Origin: Candidatus Nanohaloarchaea archaeon
Lineage (GTDB): Archaea; Nanohalarchaeota; Nanosalinia; Nanosalinales; Nanosalinaceae
Length of the DNA: 59,353 bases
NCBI GenBank assembly: GCA_047617745.1
Contig: JBLGBN010000003.1
Coordinates: 1 to 59,353, forward strand
Direction: 5' to 3'
A model generated the notes under the pieces. The model saw nothing but the letters and a program-made list of their open reading frames with translations, did not search any database and was not told where the DNA came from. The translations under genes and the position numbers were made by a program. Below, piece after piece: positions 47,334-56,456 of this stretch (position 1 is its first letter; every line of letters starts with the position of its first letter).

Positions 47334-48542
47334 ATGGTAGAAGAACAGGACAATTCTGACATGAAAGAGAAAGACAAAGATAAGAAACAGTCACAAAAAT
47401 CGGGAAAGAAACAGAAAATACAGTTCCCACAGTACTTCCAGCAGCAGGGCCAGAACGGCTCCAAGCAGCACGGAACAAAACTGAAAACACCGGTTCTCAG
47501 AGGCGTAGTTGTCTCAGAGTTTGACGGCGAAAGAATCTGGGTAGAAGCCAGCGGAAATATGAAGGGACGTTACGGAGTAGAAGTTCCAAACGGACATTCT
47601 CCAGAGGACTTCACACCCGGAACAGAAGTAGCGCTTGACCCAAACAGTTTCAAGGTAACAGATATTGTAGAAAAAGGCAAGGACGCAGAGTTCGAATCTA
47701 TCGATACCGATGTAACATTCCAGGACGTCGGAGGCCTTGACCACATAATCAAATCACTGAAATCAAACGTAGGTGCACAGCTAGACCCCGGAAAACAGCA
47801 GAAAATCCAGGAATGGGGAATGGATCTAGACAAAAGCATTCTCCTGATCGGTAGACCGGGAACAGGTAAAACTCACCTCGTGAAAGCGCTCTCCAACGAG
47901 TACGATGCGGACATGTTCATGATCAACGGACCGCAGATGGTTGAGAAATTCATTGGTGAAGGAGCCAAGAAAGTCAAAAGACTATACGAACAGGCACGAG
48001 CATCCGACAAACCAGCAATCGTATTCATCGACGAGATTGACGCAATCGCGAAGAAAAGACTCGACGACCGGAGACACGGTGGGGAAGAAGTCGAGAGAAC
48101 CATGTCACAGCTCCTATCAGAGCTTGATGGACTTGATACTGACGAGGACTCGAACGTTATCTCGATCTTCGCAACCAACAAGCCGGACGTTATGGATCCA
48201 GCGCTTCTGAACAGGACAAGCGCAGTTGAGGTACCTGTACCAAACGAAGAAGCCAAGAAGGAAATTCTACAGGTCCACACCCGGAGAATCGATCTCAGCT
48301 CGGATGTCGACCTAGATCTGGTCGCGGACGAGCTGGATGAAGATTTCACCGGAAGAGATATCCAGCAGATCGTCAAGCAGGCAGCGATCAACTCTCTGGA
48401 CAGACACGAGGACATCTCAAAGGCAGAAGTCGGAATGGAAGACTTCCAGGAAGCGATCAAAGACCTCAAGGAAGGTAACATTGGAACGGAGAAAGACTTC
48501 CTAGCATCCGAGAACTACCACCCAGACGAGATGTTCGCATAG
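47334..48542 (+). CDS. proteasome-activating nucleotidase-like AAA ATPase (divergent)
   Basis: VTFQDVGGL, GRPGTGKT, VEKFIGEGAK, FIDEIDAIA, OB-like region and C-terminal MFA. ATG at 47334 follows a GGTGA SD. Confidence 0.8.
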   Translation: MVEEQDNSDMKEKDKDKKQSQKSGKKQKIQFPQYFQQQGQNGSKQHGTKLKTPVLRGVVVSEFDGERIWVEASGNMKGRYGVEVPNGHSPEDFTPGTEVALDPNSFKVTDIVEKGKDAEFESIDTDVTFQDVGGLDHIIKSLKSNVGAQLDPGKQQKIQEWGMDLDKSILLIGRPGTGKTHLVKALSNEYDADMFMINGPQMVEKFIGEGAKKVKRLYEQARASDKPAIVFIDEIDAIAKKRLDDRRHGGEEVERTMSQLLSELDGLDTDEDSNVISIFATNKPDVMDPALLNRTSAVEVPVPNEEAKKEILQVHTRRIDLSSDVDLDLVADELDEDFTGRDIQQIVKQAAINSLDRHEDISKAEVGMEDFQEAIKDLKEGNIGTEKDFLASENYHPDEMFA

Positions 48543-48608
48543 AGCCCGAGGCTCCGGACATCTCCAATTTTTTCAAATTTCTATCTTTCCTTTTCAATAT
48601 GTGATAAA

Positions 48609-48824
48609 ATGACTGAACCGGAACTCGACAAAAGCTTCAAGCTTGACAACGAAGCGCTAGCCGACTTCCTGAGAGATATAGCTGAATCACTTGAAGAAGA
48701 TGAAAGCCTGAAACTCGACGGCAAAGAATGGAAACTAGTCCAACCAGTAACAGACGAGAAAAATTTAATGCGGTTGATCAAAGACGAAGAAGGGCTGGAA
48801 GTAAGTTTCCGATTAGACGAGTAA
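48609..48824 (+). CDS. amphi-Trp-domain-like small protein
   Basis: EALADFLRDIAESLE...L.....W pattern. Confidence 0.55.
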   Translation: MTEPELDKSFKLDNEALADFLRDIAESLEEDESLKLDGKEWKLVQPVTDEKNLMRLIKDEEGLEVSFRLDE

Positions 48825-49082
48825 TTATTTTATATAATCAACCATTTTATCTAGTTTCTCCCGCTTCTTCATGGTTGATGACTCTGTGAGGAAGTCCTGC
48901 GCCAGTTTGTAGAGGTAACCGTTACCATTCTGTAACTGTTTCAACCTCTGCCCGGGCTCCGGAACCTCGTCATAAGTTAGCTCGAGAACCTGTTCGAATA
49001 TCCGGTACATCAGGTACCTCTTCTGGGCGACATCATCCGTCTCCAGCTTTTCCTGTAGCTCTTCTATATTTTCAAGAGTCAT
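48825..49082 (-). CDS. hypothetical protein
   Basis: 85 aa, ATGA overlap with gatB. Confidence 0.65.
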   Translation of the reverse strand: MTLENIEELQEKLETDDVAQKRYLMYRIFEQVLELTYDEVPEPGQRLKQLQNGNGYLYKLAQDFLTESSTMKKREKLDKMVDYIK

Positions 49083-50497
49083 TCTATCTGGTCTATAATC
49101 TTTTCACGGGCGGTTTTCGGATCTGCCTTGCCCTGGCTCTCCTGCATGACCTGGCCGACAAGGAAGTTAACCGCTTCCTCATCTCCGGACTTGTAGTCGT
49201 CAACTGCGTCCTGGTTCTCCTTGATCACGGTTTCAACAATCTGGTCGACTTCATCGTCCCCGGCTTTCAGCAGATCTTCCTCTTCAACTATTGCTTCAGG
49301 ATCCTGAGGTTCTTCAACTATCTCTCTGATAACTTTCTCCGCGTTCCTGTCAGAGATATTATCTTCCTCTAGTAATTCAAGCAGGTATTTGATCCAGTCT
49401 AGTTCCAGTTCGGCTTCCGAATAACTGAGCTCGTTGTAGTTCAGTGTCTTCCGGAGTTCTCCGGTCATCCAGGAGCCGACAATCTCTGGATCATGTTCTT
49501 CGCATAGAACTTCGAAGTCGTCCGCCATTTCCTGTTCCACGATCAGTGATTCAATCATTTTTTCGGAAATACCGTACTCTTCTTTGAACCTCTCAAATTT
49601 CTCGTGTGGCAGTTCCGGTATCTCGGATTCAACTTTGTTGACAAACTCTCCCCCGAGTTCCTGTCGGGTGAGGTCGGGATCGAATATGTATCCGTAGTCC
49701 TCCTCGGTCTCTTTCTCCCTCATCTTCTCGGTTGCGGATATATCTGCATTGTAGTTCCGGGTGTGCTGGGAAATTTCTCTGTTTCTTCTTTTCAGCTGCT
49801 TCTGTCTCGAGATTTCATAACTCAGTGCTTTTTCTACTTCTGAGGTTCCTGTAATATTCTTGACCTCGACTTTCTCTCCACCTTCAATTGATATATTGGC
49901 GTCGCTCTTGATAGCAAAATCGGATTCAGGGAAGTAAACCTCCAGGTACTGTAGAATCTTTGCCAGCTGCTGAAGGTACTCTCTGGCTTCTTCTGGTGAT
50001 CTAAAGTCCGGCTCTGTAACGATCTCTAGAAGCGGTGTGCCTGCTCTGTTGTAATCTACTTTGGTATAGTTTGAGTCGGAGATGCTCCCCCCGACGTGTT
50101 TCATCTTGGCCGGGTCCTCCTCTATGTGGAGCCGTGTAATTCCAATCTCCGATTTCTCGTCTCCCACCTGTATCTCGATCTCTCCATCCTCGCCTACAGG
50201 TATCTCGTACTGTGTGATCTGGTAGTTCTTCGACATGTCAGGGTAGAAATATGTCTTTCTTGAGAAAAACACATCATCATTTATATCGCACTGAAGGGAG
50301 AGCGCGGTCTTTGTCGCCAGTTCAAGCACTTTTTTATTCAGTCTTGGCTTGCTTCCAGGATGCCCTAGACAGGTCGGACAGACGTGTGTGTTCGGTTCTT
50401 CTGCTTCTTTGTTTGGGCATCCACAGAACAGCTTTGTACTGGTGTCTAGCTGGACGTGGGTTTCCAGACCAATCATTACGTCTACTTCTTCACTCAT
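49079..50497 (-). CDS. gatB: Asp/Glu-tRNA amidotransferase subunit B
   Basis: IGLETHVQL..KLFC, RKTYFYPD and DYNRAGTPLLEIVTEP. Start at MSEEVD. Confidence 0.96.
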   Translation of the reverse strand: MSEEVDVMIGLETHVQLDTSTKLFCGCPNKEAEEPNTHVCPTCLGHPGSKPRLNKKVLELATKTALSLQCDINDDVFFSRKTYFYPDMSKNYQITQYEIPVGEDGEIEIQVGDEKSEIGITRLHIEEDPAKMKHVGGSISDSNYTKVDYNRAGTPLLEIVTEPDFRSPEEAREYLQQLAKILQYLEVYFPESDFAIKSDANISIEGGEKVEVKNITGTSEVEKALSYEISRQKQLKRRNREISQHTRNYNADISATEKMREKETEEDYGYIFDPDLTRQELGGEFVNKVESEIPELPHEKFERFKEEYGISEKMIESLIVEQEMADDFEVLCEEHDPEIVGSWMTGELRKTLNYNELSYSEAELELDWIKYLLELLEEDNISDRNAEKVIREIVEEPQDPEAIVEEEDLLKAGDDEVDQIVETVIKENQDAVDDYKSGDEEAVNFLVGQVMQESQGKADPKTAREKIIDQIE

Positions 50498-50831
50498 GGT
50501 AACACCTCTTGATTTCCTCAAAGACCTCAAGATGGTACGGCCTAGCTTCCTCAACATTTTCAAGAATGGACTCTCCTATATACGAACTAATATTCTCACC
50601 GTTGCTTTCGAAGTACTCTTCTTTCCTCGCAGTTAGATGCTGGAAAGCAGTCATTGTTCTAACTGCATAACTGAGAAGATCCCCCTCAGTTTCTCTAATC
50701 ATCTCGCCGCTCAACCACTTGTCCGGGTCGAACTCTCCTTCATGCTCTACAATACCTTCGATTGAGTCAATCAGCACCTCTGTCTTGTAGTCTATAGTGT
50801 TTTTCTCACTGGTAAGAGGTTGCGTGGTCAT
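50490..50831 (-). CDS. hypothetical protein between gatA and gatB
   Basis: Overlaps both neighbours, suggesting translational coupling. Confidence 0.65.
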   Translation of the reverse strand: MTTQPLTSEKNTIDYKTEVLIDSIEGIVEHEGEFDPDKWLSGEMIRETEGDLLSYAVRTMTAFQHLTARKEEYFESNGENISSYIGESILENVEEARPYHLEVFEEIKRCYHE

Positions 50832-52204
50832 CTATTCTCACCTCCTGAATAGGTGAAAGCCGTGTCAAGTATTTTCTTTTCCTCGAAATGATCTGCGATT
50901 ATATGCAGCCCGGTAGGCATTCCCTGACTTTTTCCGTTCGGTACTGAGACCATCGGCATCCCTGCCAGGTTCGGCCCCACGGTTAGAGTGTCCATTGCGT
51001 AGACTTCCTCCGGCGCCATTGATTCTGCCTCCTCGATCTTCGGAGCGATGTTCGGCATTGAAGGCGATACAAGCACATCGTATTTCTCGAATGCTTCTTT
51101 GAACTGGTTAATTATCTTCTGTCTGACCTCCGCTGCCTTGATGTAATAAGCGTCTCTGTAACCAGCTTTTCTTGTATAAGTTCCGAGCAGAACTCTTCTC
51201 TTGGCCTCTTCACCGAAGCCTTCTGAACGGATCTCCGAGAAATACTCGTTGAAATCGTCGAACTCTTCCGGATCCTTTTCCGTTCCGTATCTCATACCTG
51301 CAAATCTTGCAAGGTTTGTTGATGTTTCAGCCATCGCCAGAACATAGTAAGCGGGAACTGCGGTTTCAGCGGACAGAAGCGGCATATCGACCTCCTCGAT
51401 CTCTGCCCCTCTCTCCCTGAGTTCATCTAGAGAATCCTCAAAGTTCTCTCTAACACCTTCTTCCAGACCTTCAAGTTCTAAATACTGTTTTGGAACTCCG
51501 ACCTTCAGGTCTTCCTTTTCCTCGAGATCCGAGTAATCTTCCACTTTTTTACTTGAGGTTGTCTGATCGTTCTCATCCTCCCCTGCTATTACTTCCAGAC
51601 CCTTTGCACAACCATACACCGATTTCGCGAGAACACCGATCTTGTCCAGGGAGTTAGCGTAATCAACTAAACCGTACCGTGAGACTCTTCCATAGGTCGG
51701 TGTGATACCAACTACTCCGTTGTATGCTGCGGGGTTGGTGATTGAACCTCCGGTTGATTCACCTATTGAGATTATAGGTTGGTCCATCGCTGCGACAATT
51801 GCCCCGGCTCCTCCAGAGCTTCCCCCAACCACCCTTTCCGGGTCGTGAGGGTTCCTTGGTGTTCCAAATGCGCAGTTGGTTGAGAAGGTTCCGAAGCCGA
51901 ACTCGTCCTGGTTTGTTTTACCGTAGAAAACCGCTCCTTCATTTTTCAGTCTTTCGACAACGGTTGCATCGAAAACCGGTTTGTAGTCTTCAATTATCTT
52001 TGAACCAGCTGAGGTGGTAATATTTTCAGTGCAGATAGCATCTTTGACGACAAATGGAACGCCGGAAAGCTCTCCTTCCTGATTATTTTCTTGCTTCTCT
52101 ATTTCTCTCATAAAATTGAGATCGGAGTCTTTCTGTTCAATCTGCTTCTGGAAACTTTCATGATCTATCTCGGATTCCCCCTCAATAACTTTTCTCAGAC
52201 CCAT
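50828..52204 (-). CDS. gatA: Asp/Glu-tRNA amidotransferase subunit A
   Basis: VKD, GKTNQDEF, GGSSGG, ESTGGSI and EAKRRVLLGT. Confidence 0.95.
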   Translation of the reverse strand: MGLRKVIEGESEIDHESFQKQIEQKDSDLNFMREIEKQENNQEGELSGVPFVVKDAICTENITTSAGSKIIEDYKPVFDATVVERLKNEGAVFYGKTNQDEFGFGTFSTNCAFGTPRNPHDPERVVGGSSGGAGAIVAAMDQPIISIGESTGGSITNPAAYNGVVGITPTYGRVSRYGLVDYANSLDKIGVLAKSVYGCAKGLEVIAGEDENDQTTSSKKVEDYSDLEEKEDLKVGVPKQYLELEGLEEGVRENFEDSLDELRERGAEIEEVDMPLLSAETAVPAYYVLAMAETSTNLARFAGMRYGTEKDPEEFDDFNEYFSEIRSEGFGEEAKRRVLLGTYTRKAGYRDAYYIKAAEVRQKIINQFKEAFEKYDVLVSPSMPNIAPKIEEAESMAPEEVYAMDTLTVGPNLAGMPMVSVPNGKSQGMPTGLHIIADHFEEKKILDTAFTYSGGENR

Positions 52205-52235
52205 AGTTCATCGTTGAAAGCAGAATCTTAAAAAT

Positions 52236-52523
52236 TCATTCGAATTCGATTAGAGCCCAGCCATTTCCGTACTCGACTTTGCTAACATCAAGGGAGTTAT
52301 ATTTCAAGTTATAATTTTCATCCAGGAAATCAAGGAACTCTTCTCTGGAATACGCTACTAAGCCTTCAAGCCCTTCAGATCTCAGATGCGCGTACTGCTT
52401 ACCTCCAGATATGTAGTTAAATCCTTCTAAAATCTCATCCTGTTCAGAATTAGTCCAGCTGTTTTTGCCTTCAGGGATTTCCGGCTCTAAAACGTCTTCG
52501 AAATCCTGTGAATTAAAATCCAC
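52236..52523 (-). CDS. hypothetical protein
   Basis: 95-aa acidic ORF, GTG start. Confidence 0.55.
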   Translation of the reverse strand: MDFNSQDFEDVLEPEIPEGKNSWTNSEQDEILEGFNYISGGKQYAHLRSEGLEGLVAYSREEFLDFLDENYNLKYNSLDVSKVEYGNGWALIEFE

Positions 52524-52558
52524 GATAATTACAGGGGGTTAAAACAATTTATGCTCTT

Positions 52559-52696
52559 CTACTCGGAACCCTCTATACTGCATTTGTCCACATGAAAAGT
52601 TTCTCCACATTCAGTACATTCCGGGAAGAGCGGACGGTAACCCTGAAAGCTCATCTCCCCTCCACATTCCGGGCAGTGAAGTTTTTTATGGTCCAA
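52559..52696 (-). CDS. CPxCG zinc-finger microprotein (not in ORF track)
   Basis: (M)DHKKLHCPECGGEMSFQGYRPLFPECTECGETFHVDKCSIEGSE*; TTG start overlapping the phosphoesterase end, start uncertain. Confidence 0.65.
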   Translation of the reverse strand: MDHKKLHCPECGGEMSFQGYRPLFPECTECGETFHVDKCSIEGSE

Positions 52697-53177
52697 GTTC
52701 TCTGAAATCGATATCACCTGTTCGTGTATCTAGTACTGCGACACTGAACTCTTCTTCCTGCCCCGGCAGTTTGATTCCTCCCGGATTGATCTCAACTGCA
52801 TCATCATGTTTCTCCGTTTTTCTCTGATGCGTATGCCCCCGAAAAACATAGTCGTAATCTTTCGATACCAGCCCTTCAACTATCTCTTCCTCTGTTCCGT
52901 GGTAAACTGCGATTCTCTTTCCGTCGAACTCGAGCCCGGCTATATTATTATAAAATGATCCGAACTCCTCTACTGCACCTTTCAGATCCCATTCTCCGTC
53001 ATTGTTCCCTCTAACGGCGTAAAAATCAAAGTCTCCGTTGAAAATTTCAGCTGTAAATGGCGCAATCATATCGCCGCAGTGCACGACTTTGTCAATGTCT
53101 TGGTCTTCGAAAAACATTACTGCTTTCTCAGCGAGCTCAACGTTATCGTGGGTATCGGAGACTATCCCGATCTTCAT
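52686..53177 (-). CDS. YfcE/MJ0936 family metallophosphoesterase
   Basis: SDTH, HCGD, GNND, HG, GHTH and NPG. Confidence 0.92.
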   Translation of the reverse strand: MKIGIVSDTHDNVELAEKAVMFFEDQDIDKVVHCGDMIAPFTAEIFNGDFDFYAVRGNNDGEWDLKGAVEEFGSFYNNIAGLEFDGKRIAVYHGTEEEIVEGLVSKDYDYVFRGHTHQRKTEKHDDAVEINPGGIKLPGQEEEFSVAVLDTRTGDIDFRELGP

Positions 53178-53230
53178 ACCATTAAGCTGTTTGAGGAGGC
53201 TTATTAGATTAGGTTTCTAATAGGTAGTCT

Positions 53231-53503
53231 GTGCGAGATATTCTGGAAACAAGCCGAGTGGATAAACCGGAGTCAATTGAGGTTCTTTCAAGACTGGAAA
53301 AGAACGCCGAGAAAAAACACAGTATACCAACCTACGAATCCGGTCAGGAAAAAGTTCTACATCACACTGTAAGATTCGATGAAGAAACCCTTAATTACAG
53401 CCTAGGACAGGTCCAGGTAGAGTTCTATGGAAATAATTCAATAGAAGCAGTTGGAGACAGATTTATTATTGAAGAATACTTCCCTGAATCAAGCTATGAA
53501 TAA
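53231..53503 (+). CDS. hypothetical protein
   Basis: 90-aa acidic ORF filling the gap. Confidence 0.5.
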   Translation: MRDILETSRVDKPESIEVLSRLEKNAEKKHSIPTYESGQEKVLHHTVRFDEETLNYSLGQVQVEFYGNNSIEAVGDRFIIEEYFPESSYE

Positions 53504-53504
53504 C

Positions 53505-53942
53505 CTAATTCCAGCCGACTTCCTGATACTCTAGACCATCATCCATCTCGTCAATCACTTTTTCAACATAATCAATGGTATTCTCAGGGAGGTTATCTTT
53601 CTCCACCCATTGCAGTTCAGCGCATTTCCCAGGTTCTTCATTTGTTGGTTCTCCTTTCCAGTCGCCTGCTTTGAAGAATACATCAACATAGATAGTTCCC
53701 TCCGACCGCCGGTGCATGATTGAGGTAGTTTCCAGATCTTCTTTCTCTAATTCGATCCCGACTTCTTCCTCGGCCTCTCTTATCATAGCCTCCCGGAAGT
53801 TTTCCCCTTCATCGACATGACCGGCGACGAGACTGTATTTTCCGTCCTTGTAGCCTGTATTCTTTCTCTTCATCAGAAGGACTTGATCCTCTTTCTCCAG
53901 GATCAGATATGAAGCAGTGTTAGGCGTATGTTTCTCCGGCAT
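53505..53942 (-). CDS. NUDIX hydrolase
   Basis: GHVDEGENFREAMIREAEEEVG Nudix box. Confidence 0.93.
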   Translation of the reverse strand: MPEKHTPNTASYLILEKEDQVLLMKRKNTGYKDGKYSLVAGHVDEGENFREAMIREAEEEVGIELEKEDLETTSIMHRRSEGTIYVDVFFKAGDWKGEPTNEEPGKCAELQWVEKDNLPENTIDYVEKVIDEMDDGLEYQEVGWN

Positions 53943-53951
53943 GCTATCAGT

Positions 53952-54230
53952 CTAGGCGCTCGGTCCTTTGAAGTATCCGTCTTCGTCATTATCTGTGTTC
54001 TGGAACACTTCATCTTTATCCAGTGTTTCCTCTACTTCGTCTTCCCGGGTTTCCTGTTCTGTCTTGGTTGGATGGAAGGCTGGCTCTACGTCTTCAGTAT
54101 CTATTTCCTCCAGTTTCTGGAAGGTTGAGAGAATGTTTTCAAATTCTCTGGCGAACTGTTCTGCCTCACCTTCTTCCAGATTGATCCTGGCGTTCTCGGC
54201 GATGTCTTTCACTTCTTCAGCTTCGACCAT
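53952..54230 (-). CDS. gatC: Asp/Glu-tRNA amidotransferase subunit C
   Basis: IAENARINL, IDTEDVEP, RED and GYFKGP. Confidence 0.9.
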   Translation of the reverse strand: MVEAEEVKDIAENARINLEEGEAEQFAREFENILSTFQKLEEIDTEDVEPAFHPTKTEQETREDEVEETLDKDEVFQNTDNDEDGYFKGPSA

Positions 54231-54399
54231 ATCAGAAACTTGGATCGGAAATATTTAGTAACTGTTTGAAACAGGCATAAGTTTGCCGCATGAACTTTCC
54301 GTGAACAGTTCTGAACAGAAGCTGTTCGGAAACGATGAACATTGTTAATCAGTGAGTTGTAGCAAAGATTTATAAAGGAGCTAAGTAAATGTTAGGATA

Positions 54400-54545
54400 A
54401 GCTTGAAACATTCGTCTTTGGGCGGACGAATACGAAGCGACTGATTGACATTTGACTCGTTTGGGCGCGAGTCGACTCGGATTCAAATTGGGCTTTGAAT
54501 CCAAACGTATTGGGCATTCAAGTTGGGCTTGAATTTGGACTAACT
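54400..54545 (+). ncRNA. putative structured RNA / leader with repeated UUGGGC-loop hairpins
   Basis: Four hairpins with different stems but the same loop; TTTATAAA at 54369-54376. Ends approximate. Confidence 0.6.
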
Positions 54546-54608
54546 TCTATAGGAGAATTAACTATGCCGCTTTAAAAAGGTTAGGCATAGCTGTAACGTG
54601 ATGCTAAA

Positions 54609-55673
54609 ATGGAATCCCTAATAGATAATAACGAGTCCGGAAAAGACGTCGAAAACCTTGACGATGTAAAAGATGCTAGAATCGTAGTTGTAGGAGTCGG
54701 TGGAGCAGGAAACAACCAGGTAACCCGCATACAGAAGAAGGAAGTGCAGGGCGCAGACACCGTAGCAATCAATACTGACAAACAGCACCTCGAAATGGCT
54801 TCAGCAGATCGAAAAATCCTCGTAGGAAAAGACCTGACAAAAGGTCTTGGAGCAGGAGGAAAACCTGAGAAAGGTGCAAGATCAGCTGAAGAGAACCGAG
54901 CCGAACTACGATCAATCTTCAAAGATGCAGACATGGTCTTCCTCACAGCAGGAATGGGAGGAGGAACAGGTACAGGAGCAACCCCTGTCCTTGCAGAGAT
55001 CGCAAAGAAAGAAGACTGCATCGTGATCGGAACAGTAACAATGCCTTTCGAGATTGAAGGAGCAAGAATGAGCAAGGCAGAAGACGGGCTCTACAGACTA
55101 AGACAGCACGTCGACACCGCAATTGTAATTGAAAACGACAAACTACTGGATATCGCAGGCGACATGCCTCTGGACCAGGCCTTCGGAGTAGCAGACGAAC
55201 TGATCACTACCATGATCAAAGGCGTCACAGAAACAATCTCCAAGCCAAGCCTCGTCAACCTTGACTACGCAGACGTCCAGGCAATCATGAACCAGGGAGG
55301 AGTAGCAGTAGTAGGATACGGAGAATCAGACACCAAGAACAAAGGAGAAGAAGCAATTCACGAAGCACTATCCAACCCGCTACTCGATGTCGAGTTCGAA
55401 GGAGCAAACGGAGCACTGCTACACGTAGCAGGAGGAGACGACCTAACACTTAACGAGATCAACGACGTAGGTCAAAAAGTCAAACACCATCTCGACAGCC
55501 ACGCACAGGTAATCTGGGGTGCAAGAGTAAAAGAAGAACTACAAGGAAAACTCCAGGTAATCTCAATAATCACAGGCGTCGAATCACCGTACGTCCTCGG
55601 AGAAGTAGAAGAGGAACAGGAAACAGACGTCTCAGGAGATGTCAACGACCTGGGAATCGAGGTAATCGAATAA
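54609..55673 (+). CDS. ftsZ: cell division protein FtsZ (FtsZ2-type)
   Basis: GVGGAGNN, GADTVAINTDKQHL, GMGGGTGTG and NLDYAD. Confidence 0.96.
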   Translation: MESLIDNNESGKDVENLDDVKDARIVVVGVGGAGNNQVTRIQKKEVQGADTVAINTDKQHLEMASADRKILVGKDLTKGLGAGGKPEKGARSAEENRAELRSIFKDADMVFLTAGMGGGTGTGATPVLAEIAKKEDCIVIGTVTMPFEIEGARMSKAEDGLYRLRQHVDTAIVIENDKLLDIAGDMPLDQAFGVADELITTMIKGVTETISKPSLVNLDYADVQAIMNQGGVAVVGYGESDTKNKGEEAIHEALSNPLLDVEFEGANGALLHVAGGDDLTLNEINDVGQKVKHHLDSHAQVIWGARVKEELQGKLQVISIITGVESPYVLGEVEEEQETDVSGDVNDLGIEVIE

Positions 55674-55748
55674 AGAGTTTCACCAGAGGCTTCCGCGGTA
55701 ACACGCGAAGCTTCCTTCACTTCATATCATACTTTCCCCCTTACCCCT

Positions 55749-55830
55749 TAAGACCTCCGCGTCCGGGTTTGATGGGCACCAAGCCTGTCAAACACCGTAC
55801 ACTCCCCTCCCCCCTTATGCGGAGGTCTTA
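55749..55830 (+). other. long stem-loop element downstream of ftsZ
   Basis: TAAGACCTCCGC pairs perfectly with GCGGAGGTCTTA, enclosing an inner hairpin GTTTGATGGG/CCTGTCAAAC. Confidence 0.6.
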
Positions 55831-55895
55831 AATTTACCTTTTATCCCTCTCATGTAATCAAAACTGGTTTAAGACTTCTCTGGCAAGAAAACCGT

Positions 55896-56399
55896 GTGGA
55901 CCCGAGGATAACTATACTTGGAGGTATCTCAGTTATACTTGCATCCCTCCCTGCTTTAGCTATACAGCTAGAAACCCGTTACAGCGGTTTAGTAGCAGGT
56001 TTCTCGATTCTCGCATTCTTCGCTGCAGTAAAATTATTTAACAGGAAGATCCTGGAAGAATCAACCGGAAGAAGGACAAAGGCGTTCCAGGACCTTGTTG
56101 AAACAGTTTCCGTATTTCTGGTAATCGGATCTGCAGGGCTGACCGAGATAATTCCTGGCTGGCTAGCGGTTTTAACAGTCGGTTTACTCGGGGTGACGAA
56201 GGTGTTCCAGTTACAGATGAGCCGTAGATACAGGAAAAACTTCAGGTTTACCGTTGGTGAAGACTACTGGATTATCCTAACCAGCATCATTTTTCTGGGA
56301 TCCTATATCAACAGTTACTTCCTCTTCTATGGTATGGCGGCGCTGAGCTTGATTCTCGTCTACGACCTCAGCTCACTGACCAGAAAGATAAAACGATAA
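55896..56399 (+). CDS. membrane protein, possibly a degenerate CDP-alcohol phosphotransferase homolog
   Basis: About 6 TM with a similar layout; catalytic DG..AR...G...D...D motif not present. Confidence 0.45.
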   Translation: MDPRITILGGISVILASLPALAIQLETRYSGLVAGFSILAFFAAVKLFNRKILEESTGRRTKAFQDLVETVSVFLVIGSAGLTEIIPGWLAVLTVGLLGVTKVFQLQMSRRYRKNFRFTVGEDYWIILTSIIFLGSYINSYFLFYGMAALSLILVYDLSSLTRKIKR

Positions 56400-56456
56400 A
56401 GGCTAATTACCGGTATCTGTTCAACTATTTAATTGTTGGTCGCGTCATTTTCCTGT

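Noticed and set aside
47873..48481. 202-aa minus-strand ORF and similar Ser-rich antisense ORFs throughout the track
   Set aside because: Reverse complements of Glu/Asp-rich genes give Ser/Phe/Leu-rich open frames; there is no independent evidence for them.
54400..54545. CRISPR array
   Set aside because: Only a 6-nt loop recurs; there are no identical 25-40-nt repeats with unique spacers and no cas genes.
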